A DNA stretch of 63,990 nt, filler included, from Octopus bimaculoides (lineage: Eukaryota): NCBI RefSeq assembly GCF_001194135.2. It is 5 parts of 3 records of this genome, joined end to end, with 100 filler letters (N's around TTAATTAATTAA, not from the genome) between each part and the next. Parts side by side here need not be neighbours in the genome. Positions count along the whole stretch, not along the records: positions 35,845 to 59,353 come from NC_068983.1; 4 more parts are not named here. One strand, written 5' to 3'. Positions within the stretch are counted from its first letter, which is position 1. Each line of letters opens with the position of its first letter. The position numbers were made by a program, and so were the translations under genes. This document shows, one piece after another, positions 41,501 to 54,137 of the stretch. The notes beneath the pieces were generated by a model that was given only the letters and a program-made list of their open reading frames with translations, had not been told where the DNA came from and searched no databases.

Positions 41501-43149
41501 TCTTCATATTACATGTAAGATATTTAGATTCTATGAGTTCTAATGAGTCACTAACATGAAACTCCAATTCTATCTCACTCTCCAAAAAACTTCATATCAA
41601 ACTTTGAGATCCAGCTTGTTTCTGCCATTCAAAGATAAGACCTGTTCCACTGTGACCGTCCCATTCCTTATCTAACAATAAGTATCTAGAACTACATAGC
41701 ATAATATATCATTGCAAACGATGATGATGATGATTTTTAAAAGGATGTGATTTGAGAGATTTGAGCAAGCAAGTAGAGGATCTTGGGAAGACAAAGACAC
41801 ACATATCATTCCTCTAAGTATACAAGATACATGATTATTTGGAAATATCACTGTGAAAAGTCAGTGACAGTATTTACAATATGTCGAACTAAATCAATAA
41901 TATTCTCAAGAACTGCACTAACTACTAGGCTCATTCTGTCTTTTTCAGGATGTTACTCCATCTATCTCACAAAGTCTAAGCATAAAGTTAACTTTGTTCA
42001 CAATGTACCAATAAAGGGAAAAACGTTAAAAAAACAAAAATTCACTGAATTAGTGAAGTAATATCAGTCTTCTGTCTAGTAGTATATATGGAAGAATTTT
42101 AGTCCAGAAATGTAAGGTGACAACCTAAGTCCCTGACTTATTCAATGCAAGGTTAGTTTTGTTTAAATAAACTGAACCATCTAGAATTAAAACTTCTCAT
42201 CAAGGGTATAATTTGAAGCATCAACATCTCATCTTGACAGGTCATTATTGAGATATTAATGATGCTTATATATATTATATCCTGACTTATCATATAGTTA
42301 CAATGTAAATGTAATATTATATAGTCTGATATTTTGATTTTAGGATACTTTCTTGTGACAGGTGAGAATTAACATTGCAAGATGAAGATGATATTTATTT
42401 ACTTGTTTAGTTTACTGTAAAGTCCATAATTCAATTCTGTTGAAATTCAAAATAATAAAAATATAATGCATCAGTTATTTGCTTCTCTGCCATATCTCTT
42501 GAGAGCTAGGAATATGAAACCATTAGAAAGCAGTTGATGCAATATTTGTAGAAATGAAAAGAGAAATAAGGAGGATCCTGTTCAGTTAGCACTCCTATCA
42601 CATCCTTTATACAAAGATACAGATTTGAAGAGAGCAAAATTAATGAAATAAAATTTGAATAAGATGATATCCTCAAATGAAAACTGGACAAATGACACAA
42701 TGTTGGTGTGTTTGACAGCCTCATTGTAATGGAAAAACAGAATGCACAGAGATGGAGAGAAAATCCATTAAAAGACCATGGTAATGGCAATATAAAAGAA
42801 CAATTATATTTTATTCTTAAAGAAACAAGTTATTTTCTGAGATATGGTGCCATGTGATCTGTTTTTCAATGAAAATTTATTGACTCTTTCATTTGTTCTC
42901 TAAAGTTTGCACTAAGTGACATACTTTCTGATAACAATATTACAATTATACAAAGATTATTCAATAAATTGAAACAACTTTTGAATAAAATTGATTCTAA
43001 TCACATGGGGAAATATATTGTCCATAATGATACAGAACAAGAGTGTTTACATTTTCTTCCATCTTCATACTTGTCTTTCACTCTTTGTTTTTTTTTCTCC
43101 TCCCTCTTTATAACTCTCTTTCTTTTTCTAATTGTTATTCAAACTGTAG

Positions 43150-43271
43150 GAAGAGTAATGCTTGGAGTAACATTGATAGTACTGGGTTGCTGTTGAATAG
43201 AACATTGAAACTGTTTCCTTAGTAACATTTATATGATGTTATAATGGTTGAAACACCGAGGACAATACAAG
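43150..43271 (+). other. Candidate exon with possible start codon (ATG at 43244; MVETPRTIQ, phase 1)
   Basis: Long upstream pyrimidine tract, actgtag acceptor, AAG|GTAAGA donor and good ATG context (ataATGG). Protein not recognised. Confidence 0.35.
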
Positions 43272-43559
43272 GTAAGAAGCAATGTCAGTGTCATCATCAT
43301 AGTTTTAATGTCTACTTTTCCATGCTTGTATGGGTCATATGAAAGTTGTCAAGGCATATTTTCTATTACCAGAGACACTCCTTCCACTCACCAACCCTTA
43401 CTTTTTTTTTAAGCAAGTTGATATTTCCATCGTCTGGACATGTTTTTCTGGAAGATTGGAAACAAATGACAACCCTTACTTGTAAAACAGTGACACCTGC
43501 TTACAGCTATTAAATGATGTCAAGACAAGGAGGCTCACACACGCCCCCCCACACTGACA

Positions 43560-45200
43560 CATGCACATACACATAGACTAATTGTAGTAGGCCTGTCTTG
43601 TGAAATGGTGACATCCAAGACCTTCTGCTAAAGCCTTTCCTTAAGCACATAAAGAACTTATACAAGTTGATCTTGATATGCTCAACCCTCTTCCTATACA
43701 GCAAATGAGAATTCCTAAATTGTCACATTTGATGTTGTGAAACTGTATAGAACATTCCTCACTATTATTGAATTAAAACTGTTAAGTACTGGTTAGACAC
43801 ATTTACCTATGAAATGCAAGAAGGTATAGGTAGACAATTTAGTGTTCACGACCTCCAGCTCATTTTAGGAAGCAGCTACTTTATGTTTGGTCACACAGCT
43901 TACTGACAAAAGTTAGGAATGGCTATGGGAATGACAGTTGCTCTAACATACGCCTTCTTAATTGTGGGATGCTACAAACAGAAAATCTATGAACAATCCT
44001 CACAAATATTTGGAGAGGAATTTGTTTGTTATTTGAAAGAAAACTGGCAGAAATTTCTAGATGACTGTTTCATTTTATGGATGGGAAATTGATAAAAGTA
44101 CCCATATGGTGCCATGTAAAAGCACCCAGCATGCTCTGTAAAGTGGTTGGTGTTAGGAAGAGCATCCAGCTGTAAAACCATGCCAAGTCAGACAGGAGTC
44201 TGGTGCAGCTCCCCAGCTTGCCAACTCTGGTCAAACCGTCCAACCCACACAAGCAAGGACAATGGATGTTAAAGGATGATGATGATGATGTAATCCCTCA
44301 TGTTCAATTCATTATGGGATCTGTAGTGATAAACTCCTCTCCTTAGATATGCTAATAACAAAAAGAAACACAACACTAGAAACAAACAAATATTTTAGAC
44401 CCACTAACTCATATAAAAAAGACCCCTCCTTTTTATGCCATGTCACACAAAACATACTTGAAGTAATATGTCATTCAACTTAGCAAAAGGTATCTGAACA
44501 ATTGTCTCAAATTCTTAAATAGGAGATGAACGATATAAAGAAATGAAAGAATACTTGTCAAAACAGAATATCTTATAAAACTAATTAACTTTGGAACTCA
44601 GAAAGCAAAACAAAGTAATGTCTGGGAGCTTCAAGCAACAAAATACAAAAAAGTAAAAAACGTGATTCCACATATTTTAACAAAGAAATCTTCTCTAACA
44701 TTATTATAAACATATTAATACCACCATTACAGGATCAAAAATTGAAAAGCATCTTGGAAACAAAAAAGCAATCATAAAAAGAAAGATACAAGTGAAATTA
44801 CTAAAAAAGATATTGATCATTGCACAGTGACACACCCTAGTCAGTAAATGCAACTGTGGACTATGTAGATGCTTAGTAGAAGTCCTTGAATTCCACTTGA
44901 AAAGGGACCTGCCATCAAACTAAAAAACAACATTTCTTATAATTCAGACAATTTAATCTACACCATAGTATAAAAAGGTTGCCATGAACACTATACTGGA
45001 CAAAAAAAGTATGACCTTCAAGAAAAGAATGACAGTACATCATCAACAGATCATGGAACCTTATACAAGGAAAATTTTCTTGAATCAGCAAATAGAAAGT
45101 TGCAGGGGGCAGGTTTACCGAACTATTCACTCTTCTTTTTCTGTCAGTCTCATGACTCAATAATGGAATGACAACAAAACAATAAAAAGTATACTATATT
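43560..45200 (+). mobile_element. Degraded Penelope-like element (RT plus GIY-YIG), interrupted by a GAT-tailed repeat at ~44100-44290
   Basis: LILGSSYFMFGHTAY*QKLGMAMGMTVALTYA and WQKFLDDCFILW (PLE RT); LDMLITK..LETNKYFRPTNS; NLIYTIV*KGCHEHYTGQ (GIY-YIG, ~44930-45005). Many stops and frameshifts. Confidence 0.85.
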
Positions 45201-46212
45201 AATAGACAGCAAAGTTTAATGCATTGTGTTTTACTTGCCATACATTATCGACTATATCCTCAAAAAAAGCATTTTCTCTAACTACTGAGTAAAGAATTTT
45301 GGGGTAAAGTAAAATTTTTTGTGAAAACAAATCTGTTACCTTATATTTTTATCTGGTACTTAAATCAAACGCCTTCCCTCTCAGAATGAAAAAAAACAAA
45401 CTATTTTGTATAAGTCAAAATATAACTTCCTGAAAATAACAACCTAAATTTATGTCCTTATGAAAACAACATATGTAATATGAAACAGACAGACTAACAG
45501 TTGCATTCCTTCTTTTGAAAATAACATAAGCAACATTTGTATTTAAAAGTAATCCCATGTGTGTCTATCACCACATGGGCTAAAAAATTGCATTGAGAAT
45601 GATCTTTGAACTTTGATGAATTGCAAAACAGCGGAAACAGTTTGTAAAATGTGATTTTCCTTTTCCTGTAAAACTCAGTGTGTATAAACCTGCTCTTATA
45701 TTTTACTAACACTTTTACAGTAAAACTTTTATTCTGTTATTCTTTTACCTGTTTCAGTCATTTGACTGCAGCCATGCTGGAGCACTGCCTTCAAACCCAG
45801 GACTTATTTTGTGAAAGCCTTGTACTTATTCTATTGGTCTCTTTTGCTGAACCACTAAGTTATGGGGACGTAAACACACCAACATCTGTTGTCAAGTGAT
45901 GGTGGCGGGACAAACACTGACACACAAATACATGCCAAATCCACTCATGAGGCTTTGTTTGGCCCGAGGTTATAGTAGAAGACGCCTAAGGTGCTATGCA
46001 GTGGGACTGAACCAGCAACCATGTGGTTGGGAAGCAAGCTTCTAACCATACAGCCACAACCACATACATACATATGTATATACATATATATATATAAAAC
46101 AAAAATAAAAGGTCTCTCTTGGTCTAAAATGAAGGAGGTAGCCCATGATCGTGTCCACTGGCATAAAATAGTCACAGCCCTATGCTCCTCATGGAGTAAT
46201 GTGGACTAGCTA

Positions 46213-46250
<38 letters not shown>

Positions 46251-46252
<2 letters not shown>

Positions 46253-46495
46253 TTGCTATTATGCAAAAGTGGTTTAAGTCCAAAAACATTGCTGTTTCAG
46301 AAAACAAAAAAATAACTTCACCATTCCATAACAAGACCGTTGTACACTTTGACAATTTTTAATATCTTGGCATCTGAAGCAGCTGGAGATATGATAGTTT
46401 GACCAAAAGAACCGGAAATTGCAAGCAAAAATAAGTATTGAAAAAAATTCGCATTTGGTCAAATTTGGACATACAACAGTTTAACATAATAGCAA

Positions 46496-46497
<2 letters not shown>
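46251..46497. mobile_element. MITE with ~36-bp imperfect TIRs inserted in (TA)n (Tc1/mariner-like)
   Basis: cattgctattatgcaaaagtggtttaagtccaaa vs reverse complement cgttgctattatgttaaactgttgtatgtccaaa; (TA)n on both sides. Confidence 0.6.
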
Positions 46498-46537
<40 letters not shown>

Positions 46538-47037
46538 CACCCAAACATAGGTCATAAGTAAATGAAGTAAGGTATATACAAAATGATGAAAATATAGTTA
46601 TAAATATAGTTTCTGAGACTCAACTGTATTGGTTAAACTAATACTAGTTATATTGGTTGTGGGTTGAAGGGAATTTGTTGGCATATTTGGTGGAATTTCT
46701 GAATGTGAACAGCATTTGATTTGCTGTCAGTGTGATCATATTCATTCCCTCATCTGGTGATACAAGGGAAATTTATTGATGAAATTTTCATTATCAATCA
46801 AAAAGAGAAAAGTGGGTTCATAGAAAGTTTAAGTAAATGAGCTGTATGCTGGTGCTAAGCGGAGTGTGGGTGGAGGCACTAGCATGTGATGTTAGCTGAT
46901 ATATGATATATTGAATGATAAAAGTTTTTAATTAATTAAGATGGTAACTGTAAACAGACAAAAAAAAAATGGGACTCAAGTTTGCATCTATGCAGAGAGA
47001 AATGAACCTGATACTGGGTAAATCAAGTAACAATTTG

Positions 47038-47068
47038 GACATGTTTCAGTCTTATTAGACCTCATCAG
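47038..47068 (-). ncRNA. Degenerate minimal hammerhead motif
   Basis: Reverse complement reads CTGATGA-GGTC(TAATAA)GACT-GAAA-CATG-TC. Stem I pairs poorly. Confidence 0.5.
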
Positions 47069-47511
47069 TGAAACATAGTTCTAGCAATACCAACAAGATT
47101 CTAAGGGAATGTTAGATATCAACATTTGAGTGAATAAACATTGACAGTTTGCAGTAAAAACTGGGGGAAATCTCCTAGGGGTGCTTTTTTTGCTCAGTCC
47201 CACTTAACTGCATGTTATCAATGCAGAGGTCATTCATGGAAATTTGCTTCAGTCATTATTGTATGTTGTTGTGTTGTGAGAAGAATTAGAGACTTGTTTT
47301 GTGAGTGGGAGTCAAGTGTTCAACAAAATGCTCCATTCAAAATTCATTTCTTGGAAGATAACACAATTATTTTGTTTATAATTCTTTTCTGAAATTCCAA
47401 AATTCCAAATTTGAAATCCAAAAATAACTAAAATCTGAAATATTTTCTAAATAAGAGAAACACTACAAACAGAAAACTGTTCTTGAAAGTGTTGGGAAAA
47501 GTTAAAAATCA

Positions 47512-47545
<34 letters not shown>

Positions 47546-47744
47546 CACATAAACAAAGAAGATGTAGATGAACTTAAAATGAGAGTATTAAAATCAAAAT
47601 GACATGTAACTGTGTTATGTGGTTAACAAACTAAAGTGAACGTGTAAAATAGGAAGTGGAGTTATTAGATTGGAAAGTGAAATGCTCCCAAAGTGAAACT
47701 GAGCTAGTGTCAAATCTTAAATAAAACTTCCTTCACAGTTGTTA

Positions 47745-47927
47745 TTATCATCATCATTGTTGTCATCATCGTCATCATCGTTGTCATCATCATTGTCATC
47801 ATCACTGGCAGAAGCTTTTCATTAACATCATCATCACCATCATCATTATCATCATCGTCGTCATCATCATCATTATCTTCATCATCATCGTCATCATCAT
47901 CGTCATCATCATCATCATCATCATCAT

Positions 47928-47961
<34 letters not shown>

Positions 47962-48061
47962 GTCGTCATCATCATCATTATCTTTATCATCATCACCATC
48001 ATCATTATCATCATCGTCGTCATCATTATCATTATCTTCATCATCATCGTCATCATCATCG

Positions 48062-48100
<39 letters not shown>

Positions 48101-48140
48101 CCATCATCATCATCATTGTCACCACCACCACCACCACCGT
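47745..48140. repeat. Long imperfect (CAT)n trinucleotide repeat
   Basis: Read directly from the sequence. Confidence 0.97.
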
Positions 48141-48735
48141 CATTTTAGTGTCTACTTTTCCATGCTTCCATGGGTCAGACAGAAATTCATTTAGGCAGAT
48201 ATTTCTATTGCTGGTTGCTCTTCCTGTCACCAACTCTCAACTGTTTTCAAACAAAGCAATATTTCCCCTCATAGTCAGACATGTTTTCATGGAAGATTAG
48301 AAATGAAAAAGACCACTTATATGACAGTGATTCTCATTTAGAACTACTGCTTGATATTAACAGAAGGATGCACACACACACACACACAAACATATACATA
48401 TATACATGCATGGCTGTGTGGTAAGAAGCCAACCAACCGCATAGTTCTGGGTTCAGTTCCATTGTGTGGCACCTTGGGTAAGTATTTCCTACTGTAGACT
48501 TGGGCTGACCAAAGCTTTGTGAGTGAATTTGGTTGACAGAAACTGAAAGAAGCCCATTGTATGTATATATATTTGTGCATGCATGTATGTATGTATGTAT
48601 GTATGTGTATGTATGTATGCATGTATGTATGTATGTATTTATGTGTATGTATGTATGCATGTATGTATGTATGTATTTATGTGTATGTATGCATGCATGT
48701 ATGTATGTATGTATCTGTCTATCTATATATATATG

Positions 48736-48777
<42 letters not shown>

Positions 48778-49129
48778 CCCGTGTCTGTGTTTGTCACTCT
48801 ACTATCACTTGACAACTGGTGTTGGTGTGTTTATGTCTCCATAGCTTAGCAGTTTGGCAAAGGAGACTGATAGAATAAGTACTAAACTTACAAAAAGTAA
48901 GTCCTAAGGTCAATTTCTTTTACTAAAATCCTTTAAGGTGGTGCTCCAGCATGGCCACAGCCAAATGACTGAAACATGTGAAAGAATACAAATATGACAG
49001 GCATCTTTCAGATTTTGATCAACCCAAGACTGTTGTAGAAGATACTGACCCATGTTTCCCTGTAGTGAAACTGAACTCAAAACCATATGGCTAGAAGCAA
49101 ATTTTTTAACTACACAGCCATGTCTGACA

Positions 49130-49330
49130 CATGCCTCTTCAAGAGACTTTTTTACAGTAAATCTGTGGAAGGCAAACACATGCAAGGTGGACTGAGAAAA
49201 TGCTTCAAGGATACACCCAAAGCCTCACTGAAGAGTTTTGAGCTTATCCTTGACACCTGGGAAACACAAGTGCATGACTGCCTTGCCTGGTAAAACTGCA
49301 CCAACAGAGGCTGCAGGATTGTAGGGGCAC
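49130..49330 (+). mobile_element. RTE/BovB-like LINE 3' ORF remnant
   Basis: Translates LFKRLFYSKSVEGKHMQGGLRKCFKDTPKASLKSFELILDTWETQVHDCLAW, typical of RTE C-termini. Confidence 0.7.
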
Positions 49331-49613
49331 AGAGAAAACATGAATTACGCAAGTCCAGAGCCAACTCCTCACTTTCAGTCCCAGCAGAACACCAATGGAA
49401 ATGCAAGAGTAAGACCACCTTGCCTAGCACAGCTGCACCAGCGGAAGTTCCTGGATTACAGAGGTACAAAGAAAATGTGAATTACGCAAGTTGAGAGCCA
49501 ACTCTTAATTTTCAGTCCCAGCAGACAACCAATGGCCAACCTATAGCAGACTGATTGGCCACAACCAAATACATCATCTTCTCCTCCTATATGAGGAGCT
49601 TACTTTCAAAATC

Positions 49614-49890
49614 GGCGATCTTTCGGTACTAGTACGCAACAACTTCCGGTTGTTGCACGCACGCATACTGATTACATGATCGTATAGTGTGTTTATGTGT
49701 TTAAAGTTTCAGTTCAGATGGCACCTTACTCACTCACACCTTGGCCACACGTTTGCCACAGTACAAAGGCAAGAACACCCATTCCACTATCCTTATTGCC
49801 TCTGTGGAGTGCTTTATTGTTTCCTCAAGACATTTAAAAACAAATGCACAACGACTGGATGTTGTTGCATACTAGTATCGAAAGATCGCC
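49614..49890. mobile_element. MITE with GG-starting TIRs and 8-bp TSD (Merlin-like)
   Basis: Termini GGCGATCTTTCGGTACTAG / CTAGTATCGAAAGATCGCC. TCAAAATC flanks both sides (49606-49613 and 49891-49898). Confidence 0.8.
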
Positions 49891-51754
49891 TCAAAATCAG
49901 TATAAAAGCATATTTGGTTGATTAAAACACAATCTGCAAGCTGCTGGCTTCACGCATGTGAAATTTTTTTCAGTCAAACTGGGATAGATGCCATATAGAC
50001 AGTAGGTGAATCAAAATCAGATATATTCAAGTGGTGTTTTACACAATTAGTCAAAAGTCATTCCAATGCATATATCTGGTTTTGAAAGAAAGCTTTTCAT
50101 ATGATGTCTTTGGTCATCATTGACAATGATGGATGAACTAATTAGATGCATTAGGAAATGTATCCAGAGAATATGCTTAGACTTTGGTCCCCATTTTGTA
50201 GTAGTAAATATATACAATTTCCACCCTCCTCAAAAAACAAAAAATCTCAAAACACTAAAAGCCACAGCCCTCTGGTGCCAAGGATATTGGATAAAATCTA
50301 TTAACTGTATTCTCATTTGATTCCTGCTAAAGCCTATTGTTTTTAGTTCACCAATTTTTAGTAAATTCCTCATAGCAAAATTTATCATTTTACTCTATCA
50401 AGTAAGGAATAGAAAGTGTTTACGAATAATATTGCTGCCACATTAATACAAATATTTTGCCAGGAATACAAAATACTTCATTTCACCAAGAATCTAAATT
50501 TCTTCATTTTATCCTACTTGTACCATTTACCAATTTCCTTGTACTTGTTGCTACAAAGCAGCCTATGACATTTATAATCTATTGGTTTTCTTGTATACGC
50601 TTCCATCAATTCACTTCTGGCTCATTAGTTGCACTTGATTGAGAAGTTAATTTTAAGCCCTTGCACATAAAACAGATATTTAAGATGAAGGATTATGTTT
50701 GCTTCTCAGTAGAAAACTGATCAATGAATTCTTTGTCATTTAAACATCTTACTGATCAGATCACACAAGAAAATTGAAGGTAGCATTGCTATGATTACTT
50801 GTGTTGTTTTCTAATCTCAATGACTCCAAGTTCAGCAGATAAGGTTTAAACCTTATATATTTGAATTTCCATATAGTACTATGAGTATTGATCATTGTAG
50901 CATGAATGAGAAGGAATCCATTAAGATGTTTACACTAGTCAGGCTTTTGGTGTTACTCTATATTGTTGTCACTCTAGCATGTGAGCAAGACAATATAAAG
51001 AGTTAAATTGCACACATTTAAAGTCTAAAATAAACATGTGGCAGATGAAATCTAATATCCTGACACAACAACTGTTCCGTTGCAGTATTGACTGGAAAAT
51101 AATGAGACTTGTATGCATTTATTGTAAGACTAAGGAATCAGCTTTGAGATCAAATTTGGTGAAAAACCAAATATTTATCAGTCGTGTGATGCTTTGTTTG
51201 TATTTTTATTTTTAGACATTTTATATATTAATGAGATTTTATAATGGTGCCGCTTAGAGTATATTCCTGAGGCAGGATATTTGTTATGTTATAATACTGG
51301 CAACTTAGACATTACTTCACATTGTAAATATAACATATGCTGCATGATGTTTAGGGGATGCTTTATAAATAACTCATAAACTTTCCCAGGGAATTTCTAC
51401 ACAGTATTTCTAAACCTTCTAGTTATAGCAGCCAAATTTCCCTCAGATAATGCCTTATGTCTTGAAAAAAAGCAAGGGTACATTGGATGGGATAGACCTA
51501 AAAGCCTGCAAAAAATATAGATTGTCATGACTGGAGTGACTTTGATTGGAGGTCTACTTGATCAAGGTTGACCTATGGTTAAACAACAATTACAACAACT
51601 GTTAATTATAGCTGTTTTACAAGTTGAAATAGATATTGTGAAAATTTATCAATGACTTGTAGGCACATGACATTTTGTTAGGCAACCACAATATACTATA
51701 AAGTATATTCAATGTTTTTATAAGTCAACACCACTTCTATTGTGTTAGCAGTGC

Positions 51755-52188
51755 TTTTTACATTATTTTGTTCAGGTTATCTCTACAGAAATTATAGCCA
51801 GCACTGAGTTTTTGCTACAGTGTTTCGTATTGAGATGTCAGATGTAAACAAACAATGAAATCAAGGACAAAAATAGATAATGAGTGGATTTGCCACATTT
51901 TGGGAGGTTTCCCCTTCATCAGCACCCATCTAAACCACTCTCACCTCTGAACACATTGGTTATATAGCCACCACATACAGAAGTAAGTTATTGGATATAC
52001 TAATAATAGTCAATGTATTTGGGGTGCTGATGAAGGGGAAAAACCCCCTGAAATATGGCATATACACTCATTACCCATTTTTGTCTCCAATTTCATTGTT
52101 TGTTTACATCTGACGATATGAAACGTAATAAAAAATCAGTGCTGGTTATGATTTCTGTAGAAATAACCTTAACAAAATAGTGTGAAAA
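51755..52188. repeat. Diverged inverted repeat (~170-bp arms, ~95-bp spacer) with hammerhead-like cores
   Basis: 51755-51927 vs 52022-52188 are reverse complements (e.g. catctgac, tgtttgtttac, gggtgctgatgaagggg). Confidence 0.8.
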
Positions 52189-52250
52189 TTAATGTGAATT
52201 TAACTTTTAACAATAATAATTGTGAGGAGGAGGAGGAGGAGGAGGAGGAT

Positions 52251-52290
<40 letters not shown>

Positions 52291-53239
52291 ATTCTCCTTT
52301 GAATAAAGACAGCAAGCATGTTATAATATGTCAGCTGTTATTGCCACTTATGATAATTAAAAATAATTAGTGGAGGAAAATACACTGGGATACCGGCTGC
52401 ATGAAAACTTAATAGTTAAGTGGGTATTATCAGGTGAAATGTAATGTATAAAGATATTTTAATTAATACTCCCAAGGAGAAAAAAATTACTGGCATTAAT
52501 GACTAACTCTGGTTGAGAAATTTCATGATTAACTACATTATATACGCTTTAATTTTGATTTTTATGCAGCAGGCATCCCTAAGTAAATTCATATATTTCT
52601 TCATTATTAGATGCATATGAAATCTCACCAAGCTTTATTTTTTATTCTGCCAGAATTGATAAAGTAAAGTAAATTGATTACCTTCCCTTCAAAACTCATG
52701 ACCTTCTGTCTATGTTAGATAGATATATGAGAGTAGTGACCAGTGGTATTGTTAGAGCATGGGATAAAATGCTTTGTAATATTTGTATTGAATATTTGCA
52801 TTTTGAGTTCAAATTCCACTAAGGTCAGTTGTGCTCTTCATTTACATGGGATTCATAAATAAAATACCAGTCAAATACTGATGTCAAGTTAATCAGACAT
52901 ATCTCTCTCTCTTTCACTCCAAAATTTCTGGCCATGTGATTATGTTAGAAAATTATTATTACTATTAGGTGCAGGCATGGCTGTGTGGTAAGAAGCTTGC
53001 TTCCCAACCACATGGTATTAGGTTCAGTCCCACTGTGTAGCATGTTGGGCAAGTGCCTTCTATTATAGCTTCGGGCTGACCAAAGCCTTGTGAGTGGATT
53101 TGGTAGATGGAAACTGAAAGAAGCCCATCGTTAATATGGAATAGTTAGTATAAAGCATTGTGTGGGATATATTATATAAAATTTGTGGGTAAGGCTGGAA
53201 CAATACAAAATAAATTCAAGGCAAATCACAAGAAAACAG

Positions 53240-53905
53240 GTATATGAATTAACGGTGATTTACCCTGCATTCAGTATTTCAGAGTTATGACCCTCTCTTC
53301 AGGAATTAGCGAATGTTGCAAATGTAACTTTCCTTAGGAATTAGCGAATGTTGCAGATGTACATGTGTGTGAATATGTGGGGAATAAACATGCGCAGAAG
53401 TTTGTTGTTATAGCAACCAGCTAGCTTCATGTAACTCTCTTCTGTTGTTGATAGTCTGCTTCTGTTGGTGTATTGATGTGGCTTCGGAGATTCTAAGGTT
53501 GCTTCTGTTGCGCTGTGTCACCCTGATGTGCATAGTGTACTCTCAGGTCGGGCATTTTTGTAGATGTTTCTTCATGGAAGTGTCTGTCTGCATGTGTTCT
53601 TTTATGTGTATGTACAATTTTCTTGTTTTGCTTCCTATGTAGGATGCACCACATTTGCCGCAGCTGACTTCATATACAACATAGGTCCTCAGGCACATTT
53701 CAAGGTTCTTGATGGGGCAATTTGATAGTGTGCACTTCTCAATGTTGTGAAAGGTGTTGTTCGTGCTCAGAACTTTTCTCAGGGGTGGACCAGTGTGTAT
53801 TATCTGTATGTTGAATCTCTCCCTGCAGGCTGCATGTTGTATCACAACAGTAGTTCTGTCATCAAAATGTGGTAGCTTTGGGAAGCACATGCCAGACTTG
53901 AGAGT
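53240..53905 (-). mobile_element. Penelope-like element 3' fragment (GIY-YIG endonuclease and tail)
   Basis: ORF 53543-53890 contains CPI..MC...VVYEVSCGKCGASYIGSKTRKL..IKEH. Confidence 0.88.
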
Positions 53906-54029
53906 ATGGGGGTTCTTGGGGGTTCATATATATATATATGTATATAGATGTATATATATATATATATATACATATGTATATATCTATATATCTATATCTA
54001 TCTATCTATCTATATATATATATATGTGT

Positions 54030-54137
<108 letters not shown>

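Noticed and set aside
47802-48233. 143-aa poly-Met ORF
   Set aside because: It is the reverse complement of the (CAT)n repeat, with no splice or domain support.
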